DNA of 64,000 nt from an uncultured archaeon (lineage in GTDB: Archaea; Thermoproteota; Nitrososphaeria; Nitrososphaerales; Gagatemarchaeaceae): contig CAWFOU010000001.1 of the NCBI GenBank assembly GCA_963817525.1, positions 864,001-928,000 of the forward strand, written 5' to 3'. A program made the translations under genes and the position numbers. The notes below the pieces were generated by a model that worked only from the letters and a program-made list of their open reading frames with translations, was not told the DNA's origin and did no database searches. Positions 40,665 to 52,304 of the stretch are shown in pieces. Within the stretch, counting starts at the first letter, position 1, and each line of letters starts with the position of its first letter.

Positions 40665-41474
40665 TTACCACTTCAAAATTGGATCGTATTTCGGCGCATC
40701 GGCCGTCAAATTTTTCTGATACCACTTCAGAATGTTCAAGCGGTAAGCTATTCCAAGCACGTCGACTCCCATCCGTATCATGGATCTGAGTGGGAAACTT
40801 GCCTTTAGGTCAACATTGACAGGCAGCTCCTTTATTCGCATCCCTAGTAGGGTGGCGACTGTGAGAATTTCTACATCAAAGGCGTACTTCTTCACTGAAA
40901 TCAGCGGCATTATCTGCTCTAGCGCGCTAGTTCGAAAAGCTTTGAAGCCGCATTGAGTGTCCGTAATCCTAGTCCTTGTCAATAGCTGAACCACGGCGTT
41001 GAATCCCAAGCTCAAGACGCGTCTGACGAAAGGCTGCGAAACTTTGGAATTGACGTTTCTCTTCGAGCCAATTGCAATATCGCAACCAGAAAGCGCCTTG
41101 ATGTAGAGGTTGACATTCCAAGGATCTATCTCACAATCACTGTCGAGAAAAATGGAGAACTCCCCCGAGGCAAAGGTAGACCCGAATCGCAAGGCCTCGC
41201 CCTTACCCCTGTTCGAAGGATATCCGACTAGCTTCAAATGTTCGCCGAGTATCTCGTTGGCGAATTCACGAGTGCGGTCGGTCGAGCCATCATCTATTAC
41301 AATTATTTCAAATTTATAGGGGGTTTTGCTAAGTACACTCGAGATATTCTGGTATGCCAGCTTTATACTGCCCTCCTCGTTGTAGGCGGGCAACAGGACA
41401 GAGATTTTTCCCAGAGCCACCGGTGCGGCAAGTTCAACTCTCGAACCAAGAGTTGACCTTCCGTCTCTCTGCAT
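40665..41474 (-). CDS. GT2 dolichyl-phosphate glycosyltransferase-like protein
   Basis: PAYNEE, DDGSTD, NRGKG, DSD, GSK, DTQCGFK and FDVE motifs. Confidence 0.88.
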   Translation of the reverse strand: MQRDGRSTLGSRVELAAPVALGKISVLLPAYNEEGSIKLAYQNISSVLSKTPYKFEIIVIDDGSTDRTREFANEILGEHLKLVGYPSNRGKGEALRFGSTFASGEFSIFLDSDCEIDPWNVNLYIKALSGCDIAIGSKRNVNSKVSQPFVRRVLSLGFNAVVQLLTRTRITDTQCGFKAFRTSALEQIMPLISVKKYAFDVEILTVATLLGMRIKELPVNVDLKASFPLRSMIRMGVDVLGIAYRLNILKWYQKNLTADAPKYDPILKW

Positions 41475-41579
41475 CGCCGATTGTGGGACAAAGTTTGCTT
41501 ATAGTCCTTTTCCCAAGGTTCTACGAGAAAGCTGGCCAGTTCGAGGTTTGGCGTGAATTCTCGGCAATCCTCTTTTCGA

Positions 41580-42906
41580 TCAAGGGAGGGTCAGAGAAAA
41601 TCTTCCAGTCACGCTCACGGGAACAAGAAAACTCGACAGCGGAGCTACGGGACTATGGACGACGAGATAGGGCCCTATCACCACGACCGTTGAGCCTGGT
41701 GGGACAGATTCTACATTCAAGTAGGATACATACGTTACCAGCCAAGGCGGATTGTCACGCAAGGCCAGAGTAATATTTTGTGGAATCCAAACCCAGTTAG
41801 GTTCGATGTTCGGCAATAGCATGCCGTCACGGTTAGAGCCATAAATTGCACCGCCCGTGTAGTGCGCGTTGAGGTATGCCAACAATTCCTGATCATAATT
41901 GTATCCGAAATCCTCGACCCCGATTGTGTGGTTAGGACTCAAGTCAGTCGCCAGATACGATTGTGCGGCGAATTGCATCACAACCAAGAGAGCGACAAGG
42001 ACAAGAAAGCCCTTCCTTTTCCCTAGAATCTTGAGATAAAGACTATGGAGGCCGACCCCCGCGGGAATGCACATCAAGACGTTCAGGATATACGGGTACT
42101 CCGTTGCGGCCCCATTTTCAATGAACCCGATGGTGAGAAACAGTGTGAGAACCGAAAACGCTATCGGCAGACATTCCACTGCCGACCTTTTCCCTGTGCT
42201 GAACGCATAGCCGGTCACAATCAGGGGGGATATGGCAAGAAATTCAATCCACGCAATCGCGGCGTCCGATAAAGAAGTAGGAATTGCCAGCAAGGTCGCT
42301 CCCTCTCGACCAGCGGCGAGCGCTAGTGACGAGGAATTTCTTGCTAAGAGAATCCACACTGCGGCTGACACTCCGACCAGCAACGAATCAAGAACAAATG
42401 GTTTCATCAGTCTCCTTCGGTAGGCAACATACGCGAACGCTGGAATTAGCGGAACTGCCAATTGCCTGCTCAAGGCGGCTACAAGGGCAAATGCCCCACT
42501 CGATCTACCAAGATTTCTGTATAGACTATAGACTGTGACGACTACGAACAGACCTCCAAAGGGGTCGAGATAAAATCGCATTCCGAAGCGAATCGTATAG
42601 AACGATGTGAGAAATAGTAGCGAACCGACTAGGCTCGAATCATTAGATTCCAATTTGTAAATTACAATCGCGGTTGCGAGCACCGCGAACGCAGAAAGGA
42701 TTCTCGCCGAGATCATGCTGTTAGAGAGAAAGGCGAACGTAGAAGCCAGCAGCTGCGGTACAAAGACAAAATCCTCCGTGAACGATTGGACCTGAGCTGA
42801 GGATTTGTCTTGATTCCAAGAAATATTGAACCTCATCATCGTTCAGCCGTTCGAAGGGAACGCTAGTTGCTGCAATAACTGCCCAAAGTAGCAAAATTGA
42901 AAGCAA
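41580..42906 (-). CDS. probable GT-C-fold membrane glycosyltransferase (frameshift near 42820)
   Basis: TM followed by LNDDEVQY acidic loop (ORF 42721-42906), continuing into the multi-TM ORF 41580-42839. Confidence 0.55.
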
Positions 42907-43141
42907 ACGCCTGTCTGCGTGACGGAATTGTTTGGAGGCTCCACCCCACGCGAGAAAGGAAGGAATCAGCTCTAAGCACCCTGATTGCCTGAAAGGCAGG
43001 TTGCACCTAGGTGAATGAAAGCAGCGTGGGCGGAATGTCGCGACTGGTTCGTGCTGATGGTCATCACCCTAGACTTGCTCAAGTGGGACTGAGTTACAGG
43101 AAAGGCGCGCAGGTCTCCATTGATGAGCGGGAGGTCGCTAA

Positions 43142-44298
43142 TCACGAGTGGGTAACTTGACGATACAGCTGTTCCACATTCTCAGTAACACGCTCCCAGT
43201 CATTCTGCTCGGCGAAGCGTCTCGCCGCCCCCCCCATCCGTAATCTCAGCTCATTATTTCGAAGCAAGTTCAGGATGGCGTTGGCCAGCGCAGTTGGCTC
43301 GTTGGGCTGAACCAAGATACCCGTGATCTGGTCTTGAATTACATCCACAATTCCGCCGACTCGTGAACCGATTACGGGTTTACGTGTCGCCATTGCCTCG
43401 AGCAAGGCGAGCCCGTAGCCTTCAGAGCTATCCCTGCTTGGGAGTACAAACAAATCGCACGCGGCGTAGTACTGCGGCAGCAAGTCCTCTGAGACGCTTC
43501 CAGCAAACACGACGCTCCCCTCCAATCCAAGATCTCTAGCCAGCTCCTTGTTGTAGTCAGCAAGCTCGCCACCACCCACCACAACTAGGCGCGGACGTCA
43601 ATGTTCTCGTTCACAATCTTGAAAGCCCTGATTAGATTGTCCAGACCCTTGTACGCATGCCAACGTGTCAGAGCGCCAACGAAAAGAACGACCTTCTTGC
43701 CGGAGAGATTGTGCAATTTTCTGACGAACTCCCCATCGATTGAAGGATTGAATCTCGCCGTATCGACCCCATTCGGGATGACAACCACCTGCTTCCGGCG
43801 GCGTCTCAGAATACGGGAGGTCATCGCATATGTTCGCGTAGTCGCGATAATTTTCTTGTATTGGCTAAGATAAAGGGGAGAAAGCAGGTCGTGAGCCCGA
43901 ACTAACACTCCTGCGGCAGATGTTACTGGCGGTAGATCGTTGTGCCACGTCAATATCGCGGGAATTCCCCGCACCCTGCTAATGAAAGCAAACAAAGCCG
44001 CCAGATAAGGACTCGGGAAGTTGCAATGTATCACGTCGTATTTCTCCGAAAAGATGTTCAGCGGAGAGACCGCAATTGGGGTCCCGTACAGTCTGAAAGG
44101 GGCTCGCATCCGCCTCACACGAACGCCGCCCTCGAGGGTCTCACCAACCGTCAGAGGGTTATGTGCGCAGTAGACGGTGACTTCGTGCCCGCGTTCGGTA
44201 AGACAGCGGGCCAGGTTATGTACATAGGTTTCCGCCCCGCCTATCCAGGGTGGATAGAAGCTGTTGACTATGCATACCCTCATTTGCGGACCCGCCAT
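43142..44298 (-). CDS. GT4 glycosyltransferase (frameshift near 43590)
   Basis: YPPWIGGAE, IPNGVD and FVG..YKG in the first ORF; SEGYGLALLEAMA in the second ORF. Confidence 0.88.
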
Positions 44299-44316
44299 CC
44301 GCGGAGCGCCTTGCGT

Positions 44317-45894
44317 TCACTTGTCAGTGCCGCTCACCCGTAGGCGCAATATCCGTCGCTCGATTCCCAGGAAGACTCCGAACGCGAACTTCAGGGAGCC
44401 CATATTGTTGACGGCTATGGAGAGCCTGACGAGGTCGTCCTCGTCCAAGCCGAAGAAGATTGGCACGAGCACCGTATATGCGGCTACGAATACCACCGCG
44501 TCTACGAGTAACCCTTCGACGCTCAGAAGTCCCCCGAGCGGAAGCGCCGCGACCACGAGCCAGGCGACGAGGCCTGCGGAGAAAATGCCCAACAGTGGTC
44601 GAACCGCGACATGAGTTTTTAGGTATCGCCGAGAAAGGAACAGGCCTGGAACGACCGACGCCAGATTTGAGACGAGGAGCGCCAGCATAATCCCCTCGGC
44701 GCCGAGGCCAAGAGAAAAGACAAAAACAAGGCTCGCGAGCACAAGGGCGACTGCTGCCGAGACCGATATCAGCATGGTGAACCTACTTCTTCCGACTCCG
44801 TTGAAGAAGGAAGGAAGTACGGTCAGTCCCACGGCGACGGGCAGGTAGGAGATAGCAACCAGCTTCAGTAACACAATCCCTTGCGAATATGCCGACCCAT
44901 AGAACAGATCGAAGAGAGGGCCGGCCCCCGCGAGAATGAAAAAGACCATCGGGGTCAATATCAGGGAGACATACCTCACGGCGTACGCGAACGCCAGCGC
45001 GATGTCTTCTTCGAGGCCATGCAGCTCCGCGAACGAGCGAAACAGCGCGTTCGCCACCGCGCCCGAGATTATGGTTATTGCGACGGTGACGTTCAGCGCG
45101 GCCTGGTAGTATCCGATGGCGGCGTTGGCCACGACGGCCGCAAGGATGACCGTGGCGTATTGCGAAGCCAGACCAGAGATTATGCTGCCCGTGAAGAGGG
45201 GAAGGCCGTAGCCGACCATCGCCCGGAGGTCTGCGAAGAAGTGGCTAGGTTGCCCGGAAGAGGACCTCGTGCGCAGTAGGTAGATTGCGAGGGTGGCAGC
45301 GAAGCCTTCGATGAGATATGAGGTGATATGCCCAGAGATCGCACCATATACGCCGAATCCTGCGAGTATCAATCCCACTCCAAGCACAAGTTTCACGACG
45401 GACTGGAGAACGTTGAAGCCGCTCACCTGTGCCATTCACCCCCACCCGATGAGGGTGGACGTGGCGCACTGCGTAACGGCTATGGCCAAGACATAGACAG
45501 AAGTCACCTGCGAATACTGGACAAGCTCTGGCCTGTGAAGGAAGGCAACCACGAAGTAAGGCGCCAGGGCCAGATCGAGGGCGGACAGGGCCAGGCCGAA
45601 GAGCAGCGAAAAGATGACGGCGGTCCGGGTCATGCTGGCCGCGCGCGCGGCGTCTCCGGTGGACAGAGCGAAGGCCACGTATCTTGTAACCGCCGTGCTG
45701 ACGCCAAGCCCGACGAACAGCTGAAGGATCGACGGCACGACGAACGCTAGGGTGTAGAGTCCGTAGCCGCCCGGCCCGAGTAGCCTCGCGAAGATGATGA
45801 TTGCGATTGTCGCGACTGCGGTCGACACGAGGTTGCCTATGAAAAGGACGAGCGTCCCTCTCGCGGACGCCTGCGCGACGCTCACCGACGACAA
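44317..45894 (-). CDS. Wzx-type oligosaccharide flippase (frameshift near 45435)
   Basis: ARLLGPGGYGLY, LGVSTAVTRY and IGYYQAA motifs; two abutting multi-TM ORFs. Confidence 0.85.
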
Positions 45895-45949
45895 GCTGTC
45901 TGACCTTGGTGTCGCTCGTATATTTGTCCGTGCGGCCGAGCGTCCGACC

Positions 45950-46829
45950 CTAGTCGGCTCCTTTGCGCAGAATCGTCGAGACGGTGAACAAGATTATCCC
46001 GGTGAAGAAGGTGAAGAGCCCGAAGATTGCCACTGAAAAGCCGATCAGTGCATACGTGAGAACGAGGTCGGTTATGACCTGGTCTCCCAAGAAGAGAAGA
46101 TACGCGTGTAGCACGAAGTAGATGCCTAGCAACGTTACGACGAGTCCTGGGATGCCATAGAAGGTCATTGGGTGTCTGATTGAGGTGAGCTTTATCGCGC
46201 TGGTGAGCACGTCCACCGTATGGTAGATAGGGTTGTGTGTCGAGGTCTTGCCGACCCCGTACATGACGGAGACAGGGACTCCAGCACTCGGAGCCCCTGG
46301 GTGGAGGCGTCCATGAGTATCTCAGAGTCGACCCCCATCCCCGACTCCGAGGGGCGGAGAGCCTCGATTGCCCTCCTGTTGTACGCCCTGAACCCTGACT
46401 GTGTGTCAGAGACCCCGGGGACCGTCACAGCGTCAAGAGCTTGTTTCCGACCTTCCTGTAGCTCGGAATCCCTTTGTTTTCCGGGTGGAACCTCGACCCT
46501 ATGACCACATCCGCTTGGCCTTTGGCAATCGGGTCCAGCAGCTTCGGGATGTCCGACGGGTCGTGCTGGTCGTCGCCGTCGATGGTTATCATCACGTCCG
46601 CACCCAAATCCCTGCTCGCAGAGAAGAGCGACCGGAAGGCATCCCCCTTCCCCTTGTTCCTCTCGTGCCTTATGACATTCGCCCCCAGCTTCTCGGCGAT
46701 TGCTGCAGTCATGTCGCCGGAGCCGTCGTCGCATACGATGACTCTGTCCACATATGGCAGGGTGCCGACGATGACTTTGCCGATGGTCCTCTCCTCGTTG
46801 AACGCCGGGATGCAGGCGACCTTAATCAA
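45950..46829 (-). CDS. GT2 glycosyltransferase with C-terminal TMs (two frameshifts near 46440 and 46270)
   Basis: PAFNEE, DDGSGD, DGDDQH, GSRF, then DTQSGFRAY, then RHP..FYG plus 2 TM, spread over three frames. Confidence 0.8.
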
Positions 46830-46917
46830 AGGCTGGCACCAGGCAGGACTGCCTCCTCACTGTTGGTTACGCGTGTCCTAAAGCCTTTAAGTCTTATCCG
46901 AGAATTCTCGATATACG

Positions 46918-47702
46918 ATGTTCTTGGGCGACTCCTTGGCTATCTCAAGGCCAATTGGGGCGCCCCGTTCGTGGTCGCTTTCATCCTGCTGCTCGTCGTT
47001 TCCGCGGCGGAGCTCTCATCAGGAGCGACCCACTCAGCTAACGGCATCGCAATTTACGGATTCTGCTTACTAGCAGCAGGAGTCGCACTCCAAATTGCGT
47101 CTTACGTCATGTATCGTGGGACGGGCACGACCTCACCCAGATCCTGCCCCTGAGACCACCGCTGCGCCCCATTCGAAGGGGCTCCCGCGCAACACGAAGG
47201 TGGTCGCGGTCGCCGCGGCTGCCTTGATACTTCTGGCTGGTGGTGGTAGGCTATCCCATGCTGTCGCACCCAGGGGCGCCGGCTGGCGGGGCCTCGACTA
47301 GCGCTTCTTCGTCCGGATGCGCCGGGCCTCAAACTGCTGGCACCGTGTACATCAGCACGAACGCGACGGTCTCGATCGAGATCTGCGGCCAAAGCTACAT
47401 CGTTCTAGCGGGCACTGGAGGAGGCCTGACCTATTCTTATCATGTGGGCATTTTGACTTTCACCGCCCCAAGCTCGGTCAATGGGAGCGCCTTCAAATTC
47501 TGGTATGCAATTATCGGAGACAACACGCCTGCACGCGCAAGTAGTGAGACCCTTACATTGACCCTTCCCCCCGGACTTTCCTCACAGCTCGGTGATACAG
47601 CTCTACTACACCGCACCTCCGGCCCCCGCGCGGTCGACGACCCTCGCGGCCAACTCCACATCGTCAGCCTCAACCCTATCATCGGCATCGACCGCATCCT
47701 AA
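46918..47702 (+). pseudogene. multiply frameshifted membrane protein with extracellular S/T-rich domain
   Basis: TTTAA about 28 nt before ATG 46918; TM segments (NWGAPFVVAF..., VVAVAAAALILL) and a beta/ST-rich domain spread over about 4 frames; may be a sequencing artefact. Confidence 0.45.
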
Positions 47703-47777
47703 TCTTCTTCATCATCCTCCTTCGCCTCAATCTCGACTGCGATAGCAAGATTGGTCGGGAGTCTGTCGCCCACTTGT

Positions 47778-48650
47778 TCACTGGCGTTCGTTGAATCTGA
47801 GCCCGGCTACAGTCCCCCGGAGGAAGCTCGACGCGGTCTTTAGCCGGCCTTCCGATGTACTTAGTGGGTGATGGATTAGGGAGTACGCCCCCAGAAAGGG
47901 GAGCACGCAGACGGAGTAGAACACGAAGTCGCGTCTGCTGTAGTACCTCTTGAGCACGATGATCCCGTTCCTCTCCGTGTAATAGGCCCTTGTGCTGTCT
48001 ATATGGACGAGCGACCAACCGAGGTCGTGCCAGACCTTCGAGTCCGGGTTGACGACGGCCCTGTATCCCCTGGCATGCAGCCTGTGGGCAAAATCCACCT
48101 CGCTGAACCTCATCGGGAAATTGGCGCAGTCGAACCCGCCTATCTCCTCGAAGGCTTGCTTCTTGACCATGAATGAGTTGTGAAATGAGAAAGTGTCAGT
48201 CAACGCTCTCGGGATGTCGGTGCGCAGCGTGTAGAACCCCGGGAACCTGCCCTCCACGATGTATGAAGTCCATACCTTCTGTGGCTGCGCCAGGTAGTAG
48301 ATTATCGGGGCCGCGACAGCCACATTCTCCTGTGTAAAACAGGCCACCAGGCCGCCAATTGCCCCGCGGTCTACAATGTTGTCGTCATCAAGAAACAAGA
48401 GGTAGTCACCGTGGGAAGCCGCGGCGCCCGTGTTCCTCGAGCAGGAGAGGAGGAGCCTGGTCGGATTCCTGATGACCCTCGCGCCCGGGAACTTGCTGCA
48501 GAGCTCCTGCTCGACGGGTCTATCGGAGGCGTCGTCTACAACGACGACCTCGATTTGTGGGAAACCGCTCGCGTAGACAGACTCCAAGCACCGGACCAGC
48601 TTGTCAGCCCTGTTTCTGGTAGGGATTACGACGGAGACCAAAGAGACCAA
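47778..48650 (-). CDS. GT2 glycosyltransferase
   Basis: VSVVIPTRN, VDDASD, FLDDD and GGFD...SEVD motifs. Confidence 0.88.
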   Translation of the reverse strand: MVSLVSVVIPTRNRADKLVRCLESVYASGFPQIEVVVVDDASDRPVEQELCSKFPGARVIRNPTRLLLSCSRNTGAAASHGDYLLFLDDDNIVDRGAIGGLVACFTQENVAVAAPIIYYLAQPQKVWTSYIVEGRFPGFYTLRTDIPRALTDTFSFHNSFMVKKQAFEEIGGFDCANFPMRFSEVDFAHRLHARGYRAVVNPDSKVWHDLGWSLVHIDSTRAYYTERNGIIVLKRYYSRRDFVFYSVCVLPFLGAYSLIHHPLSTSEGRLKTASSFLRGTVAGLRFNERQ

Positions 48651-48787
48651 GGCTTGGCGATGTTGGTGGATTCGCCGTGACTTGATATCTCTTGCCCGGC
48701 CCCGCCTCGCATTACGCCGGGAACATCACGTGAAGGCGAAGAGTAAGCCGTCAGGTTACGGCCTGGTTCTCTAGCCGGCCTTTGACT

Positions 48788-49057
48788 TTACTGCTTCGCA
48801 GTCGGAGGCGTTTGAACGGATGAGGTGCCGGCGCCGCCGATGGATGTGGGGGCCACCTCCGGCATGGGCTCCGGAGGAGGGGTCGTAGCCATTGTCCATC
48901 CTATCCACGCGAGAATGCCCAGGAGCACGACCACCGCTAGGAAGGCCGTGAGCTCCAAGATCGCTTTAGTGAAGAAGTAAAGCAGCAACCCGTAGATCAC
49001 GATACCTAGGGCGCTCCCGACTAGGATTACGGCCCCGATCGACCTATCGCTTGCCAA
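48788..49057 (-). CDS. conserved small archaeal two-TM protein
   Basis: LAWIGWTMATTPPP motif typical of a widespread archaeal small membrane family. Confidence 0.7.
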   Translation of the reverse strand: MASDRSIGAVILVGSALGIVIYGLLLYFFTKAILELTAFLAVVVLLGILAWIGWTMATTPPPEPMPEVAPTSIGGAGTSSVQTPPTAKQ

Positions 49058-49142
49058 TCTATTGTCGGAGACATAGGCAGTGGATATAATGATTTACGCC
49101 CCGATGCACGCGGAGAGAGCGACCGAGGGTGGCCGCTAGAGG

Positions 49143-50087
49143 CTATGCTAGCTGGGCGGCCACCTGCTTCTGCAGTCCATCGGCGAGAGACGTGACGGGC
49201 TTGTAGCCAAGGTCGGACTTTATCCTCGTAATGTCGGCGGAGGTATTTTTCACGTCGCCCAGGGCGCTGCCCAGCCGTTTGATCTTCGCCTTCTTTCCTA
49301 GTATGGACTCGATGGTCGAGACTACCTCGCTGAGAGGAGTCGAGCCTCCCGCGCCGACATTGTAGGTGCTCCCGGGCCTCGCTTGGGCGGCGAGCATCGT
49401 CGCCGCCACCGTGTCAGCGACGAACGTGAAGTCGCGCCGTTGTGCACCGTCGCCGTAAACGGTGATAGGTTCGCCTCTGGCTATCCTTGAGATGAAGATG
49501 TTGAAGGCCATGTCAGGCCGCTGCCTGGGCCCGTACACCGTGAAGTACCTCAGGGCGACGGCGGGGACAGAGTAATTCCTGAAGTAGACGTAGCACAGGT
49601 TCTCCGCTGCGAGCTTGGTCGCGCCGTAGGGGGAGACGGGCCTTGGCGTGGTCTCCTCCGGGGTGGGGAGTGCCTCTGCGTCCCCATAGATAGACGACGA
49701 TGAGGCGTAGACGAACCTCTCGATGGTCGGCCTCTGCTTGGCCGCCTCGAGTAGCCTCTGCGTCCCTACGATGTTGTCCTTCACGTAGTGCGAGAAGAAG
49801 GTGCCCCAGCTCGTCCGGACGCCAGGCTGGGCCGCGAGATGGTAGACGCATTCAACATCCTTCAAGAGCGGAGCGAGCCCAGCAGAGGAGAGGTCGACCT
49901 CCATCAGACGGAACTTTTTCGTCTTCCGAAGCGCGGCGAGGTTGGAGAGCTTTATCGCCCGCTGGTAGTAGTCCGTGAAGCAGTCCACTCCTAGGACCGT
50001 GTCCCCTCGCTGGACGAGCGTCTCTGACGAGTGAGACCCGATGAAACCCGCAGCTCCGGTGACCAGACACTTCAAGCCGCGACGCAC
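49143..50087 (-). CDS. NAD-dependent nucleotide-sugar epimerase (UDP-glucuronate 4-epimerase-like)
   Basis: TGAAGFIG, HLAAQPGVR, YGATK and RYFTVYGPRQRPDMAF motifs. Confidence 0.9.
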   Translation of the reverse strand: MRRGLKCLVTGAAGFIGSHSSETLVQRGDTVLGVDCFTDYYQRAIKLSNLAALRKTKKFRLMEVDLSSAGLAPLLKDVECVYHLAAQPGVRTSWGTFFSHYVKDNIVGTQRLLEAAKQRPTIERFVYASSSSIYGDAEALPTPEETTPRPVSPYGATKLAAENLCYVYFRNYSVPAVALRYFTVYGPRQRPDMAFNIFISRIARGEPITVYGDGAQRRDFTFVADTVAATMLAAQARPGSTYNVGAGGSTPLSEVVSTIESILGKKAKIKRLGSALGDVKNTSADITRIKSDLGYKPVTSLADGLQKQVAAQLA

Positions 50088-51418
50088 CTAACGCTCGGGT
50101 CCCCGGCCCGGGCTTGAAAGTTGAGCCCCGGAAGCCGATATTTGTCGCGGTCATAGAGCCGCCTCGCGTCGAAAACGAAGGGGGTCCGCATCAGCTCCAG
50201 AAAGTCCCTCGCCCGGAGTTTCTTGAAATCATCCCAGGCAGTCATCACGACCGCGGCGTCAGCGCCTCGGATGCATTCACGCGGGTCTTCATAGTAAACC
50301 GCTTGCCCCCCGAGTTCCCTCTTTGCCCCTTCAATCGCTTCGGGATCGTCATCCTCACTCGCGCGCCCTTGCTGAATAGCGACCTCGCGAGCACGATGGC
50401 GCGCGAGTCTCGCACGTCGTCGGTGTCCTTCTTGAAGGCTGCACCAAGGACGGCGATTTCCTTTCCCGTAATCTCTCCCAAGGCTCTCTCGACAGCTGAT
50501 ACGATGAGTTCAGGCTGCGTGTCGTTTATCTCGAGCACCGAATGCAGAAGAGAGGCGTCGATAGAGCGGTCGAGGGCAAAGGCGCTAAGCGCTCGCGTGT
50601 CCTTTGGAAAGCACGCACCTCCGAACCCCGGACCCGCGTGCAGATACTCGTGCCCGATTCTCGGGTCAAAGCCCATTCCGCGCGCAACTTCCTCGACGTC
50701 GCCTCCCGGGATGGTCTCGCAGACTCTTGCGATGAAGTTCGCGAAGCTGATCTTTGCAGCAAGGAACGTGTTGCTTGCGTACTTTATCAGCTCGGCGTTC
50801 TCTGCGCTGGTCACGACGACAGGCGGCGATTTCTGGGCCATAGAGTCTTTGGTAGAGCGCTTTCATGACAAGCCCCGAGCCTTTGTCCACCTGCCCTATG
50901 ACTATCCTGTCAGGGTGAAGCATGTCCTCGACCGCCGCGCCTTCCCGGAGGAACTCAGGGTTCGAGCAGAGCCCAAAGCCGCTTCCACATTTCTTTCCGG
51001 ACTCCCTTTCCAATATCGGTCTGACGACCGCGTTAGTGGTACCGGGAGTGACGGTGCTCTTGAGGACCACGGTGTGCCTCTTCCTGCTCAAGGCGAGCTG
51101 CTTTCCTACCATGGCGGATGCCGCGGTCACTTGCGAGAGGTCAATGGAGCCATCGGACTGCGAGGGGGTTCCCACCGCGATGAGGATGACATCCGCGCCT
51201 TGGATGGAGTCATAGCTGCTCGAGAAGGCGAGCCTCCCTTTGACAACTCCGGACTTTAGCAATGCTGGGAGCCTCTTCTCGTGAATCGGGGACACACCGC
51301 GGCCAAGGCTAGAGATCCGCTCTCCGTCCACGTCAATCCCGGTCACCTCGAACTTGGTCGAAAGGCAAGCCGCCGTGCAGAGACCGGCGTAGCCTAGTCC
51401 GACGACGACGACTTTCAA
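50072..51418 (-). CDS. ugd: UDP-glucose/GDP-mannose dehydrogenase (frameshifts near 50845 and 50345)
   Basis: GLGYAG, KSTV, NPEFLREG, AELIKYASN, GFGGACFPKD, FKKDTDDVR and FDARR across three frames. Confidence 0.9.
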
Positions 51419-51496
51419 CGCCTATGCCGAGACCGACCCGCGTTATTAGGTATCTTGGGCCAGGATGAAACCTGAAGCAGAGCTTACGCTAGGTCT

Positions 51497-51543
51497 GGAA
51501 AAAATAAAGAGGAAAAAAGCTGTCTCTAGCTTAAGACAGCTTT
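51497..51543 (-). terminator. hairpin plus U-tract terminator after slaB
   Basis: Minus strand reads AAAGCTGTCT-taagctag-AGACAGCTTT followed by TTTCCTCTTTATTTTTT. Confidence 0.7.
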
Positions 51544-52287
51544 CTTACTAATATTGCTAGTTCGAGGACTAGAGTGATTGCTGCGAGTGCTGCAACAACC
51601 AAGACGTATGTCTGGTCGTTGTTCACGCCGTTGTTGAGTGTGGTTAGTTGACCGCTGATGCCGCTGACTCCTGCGATTCCTTGAGTTATCGAGGCTAACG
51701 TTGTCGTCAGTCCGGTGACTCCGGTCTGCAGGGTGTTGACTGCGCTTGTCAGGGATGTGAGGTCGGTGGTGATGGTCGCGAGGGATGCCTGTAATTGCGG
51801 TGAGTTGGGTCGTATCTGGGTTGATGACTGCGGATGTGGTAGTTACTGTCGTCGTCGCCTGTGCAACGGTGACCGTTGTGGTTGACGTTACGGTGGTTGT
51901 CGATCCTGTGGATGTTCCAGAGTATGCGAAGGTCGTCGTCCCGGAGCTACCGTCTTCGTAGACCGCGGTTACCGTATAGGTCCCGCTCGTCCACATCTGA
52001 CCGCCCGCCACGAGGACGTATGAATACGCCCCGGTGGTCGCTGCGACCGACGATTCTCCCGTGTCGACCGCTCCCATGGGGCCCGTGGTCGTTACGACCA
52101 CGTCGTTGCCCGAGGCGGAAGGCGCTGGAGTGACGGTTCCCGTGACAGTGATCGTTGCATTCCCTGAGTAGCTGGACGCGTTGGTGGAGACCGTTACAGT
52201 CGAAGCTCCCGCTGCGAACGCGGCCACTGGCCCGAGGACCAGGAAGGCCGCGAGGAGGACTGTTGCGATGGTTCTGGTTGTGTTCAT
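51531..52287 (-). CDS. SlaB-like S-layer anchor/stalk protein (1-nt frameshift near 51790)
   Basis: Signal peptide, Ig-like domain and Thr-rich linker; the corrected frame gives a heptad-like stalk and C-terminal TM (YVLVVAALAAITLVLELAILVRKLS*). Confidence 0.75.
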
Positions 52288-52304
52288 TCTCGATCACCTG
52301 GTGA

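Noticed and set aside
50114-51259. 381-aa plus-strand ORF opposite ugd
   Set aside because: Antisense mirror of a dehydrogenase; no recognisable domain.
10346-52287. Programmed ribosomal frameshifting or homopolymer phase variation as the general cause of split genes
   Set aside because: No shared slippery heptamer or long homopolymer at the breaks I inspected; indel errors are more parsimonious.
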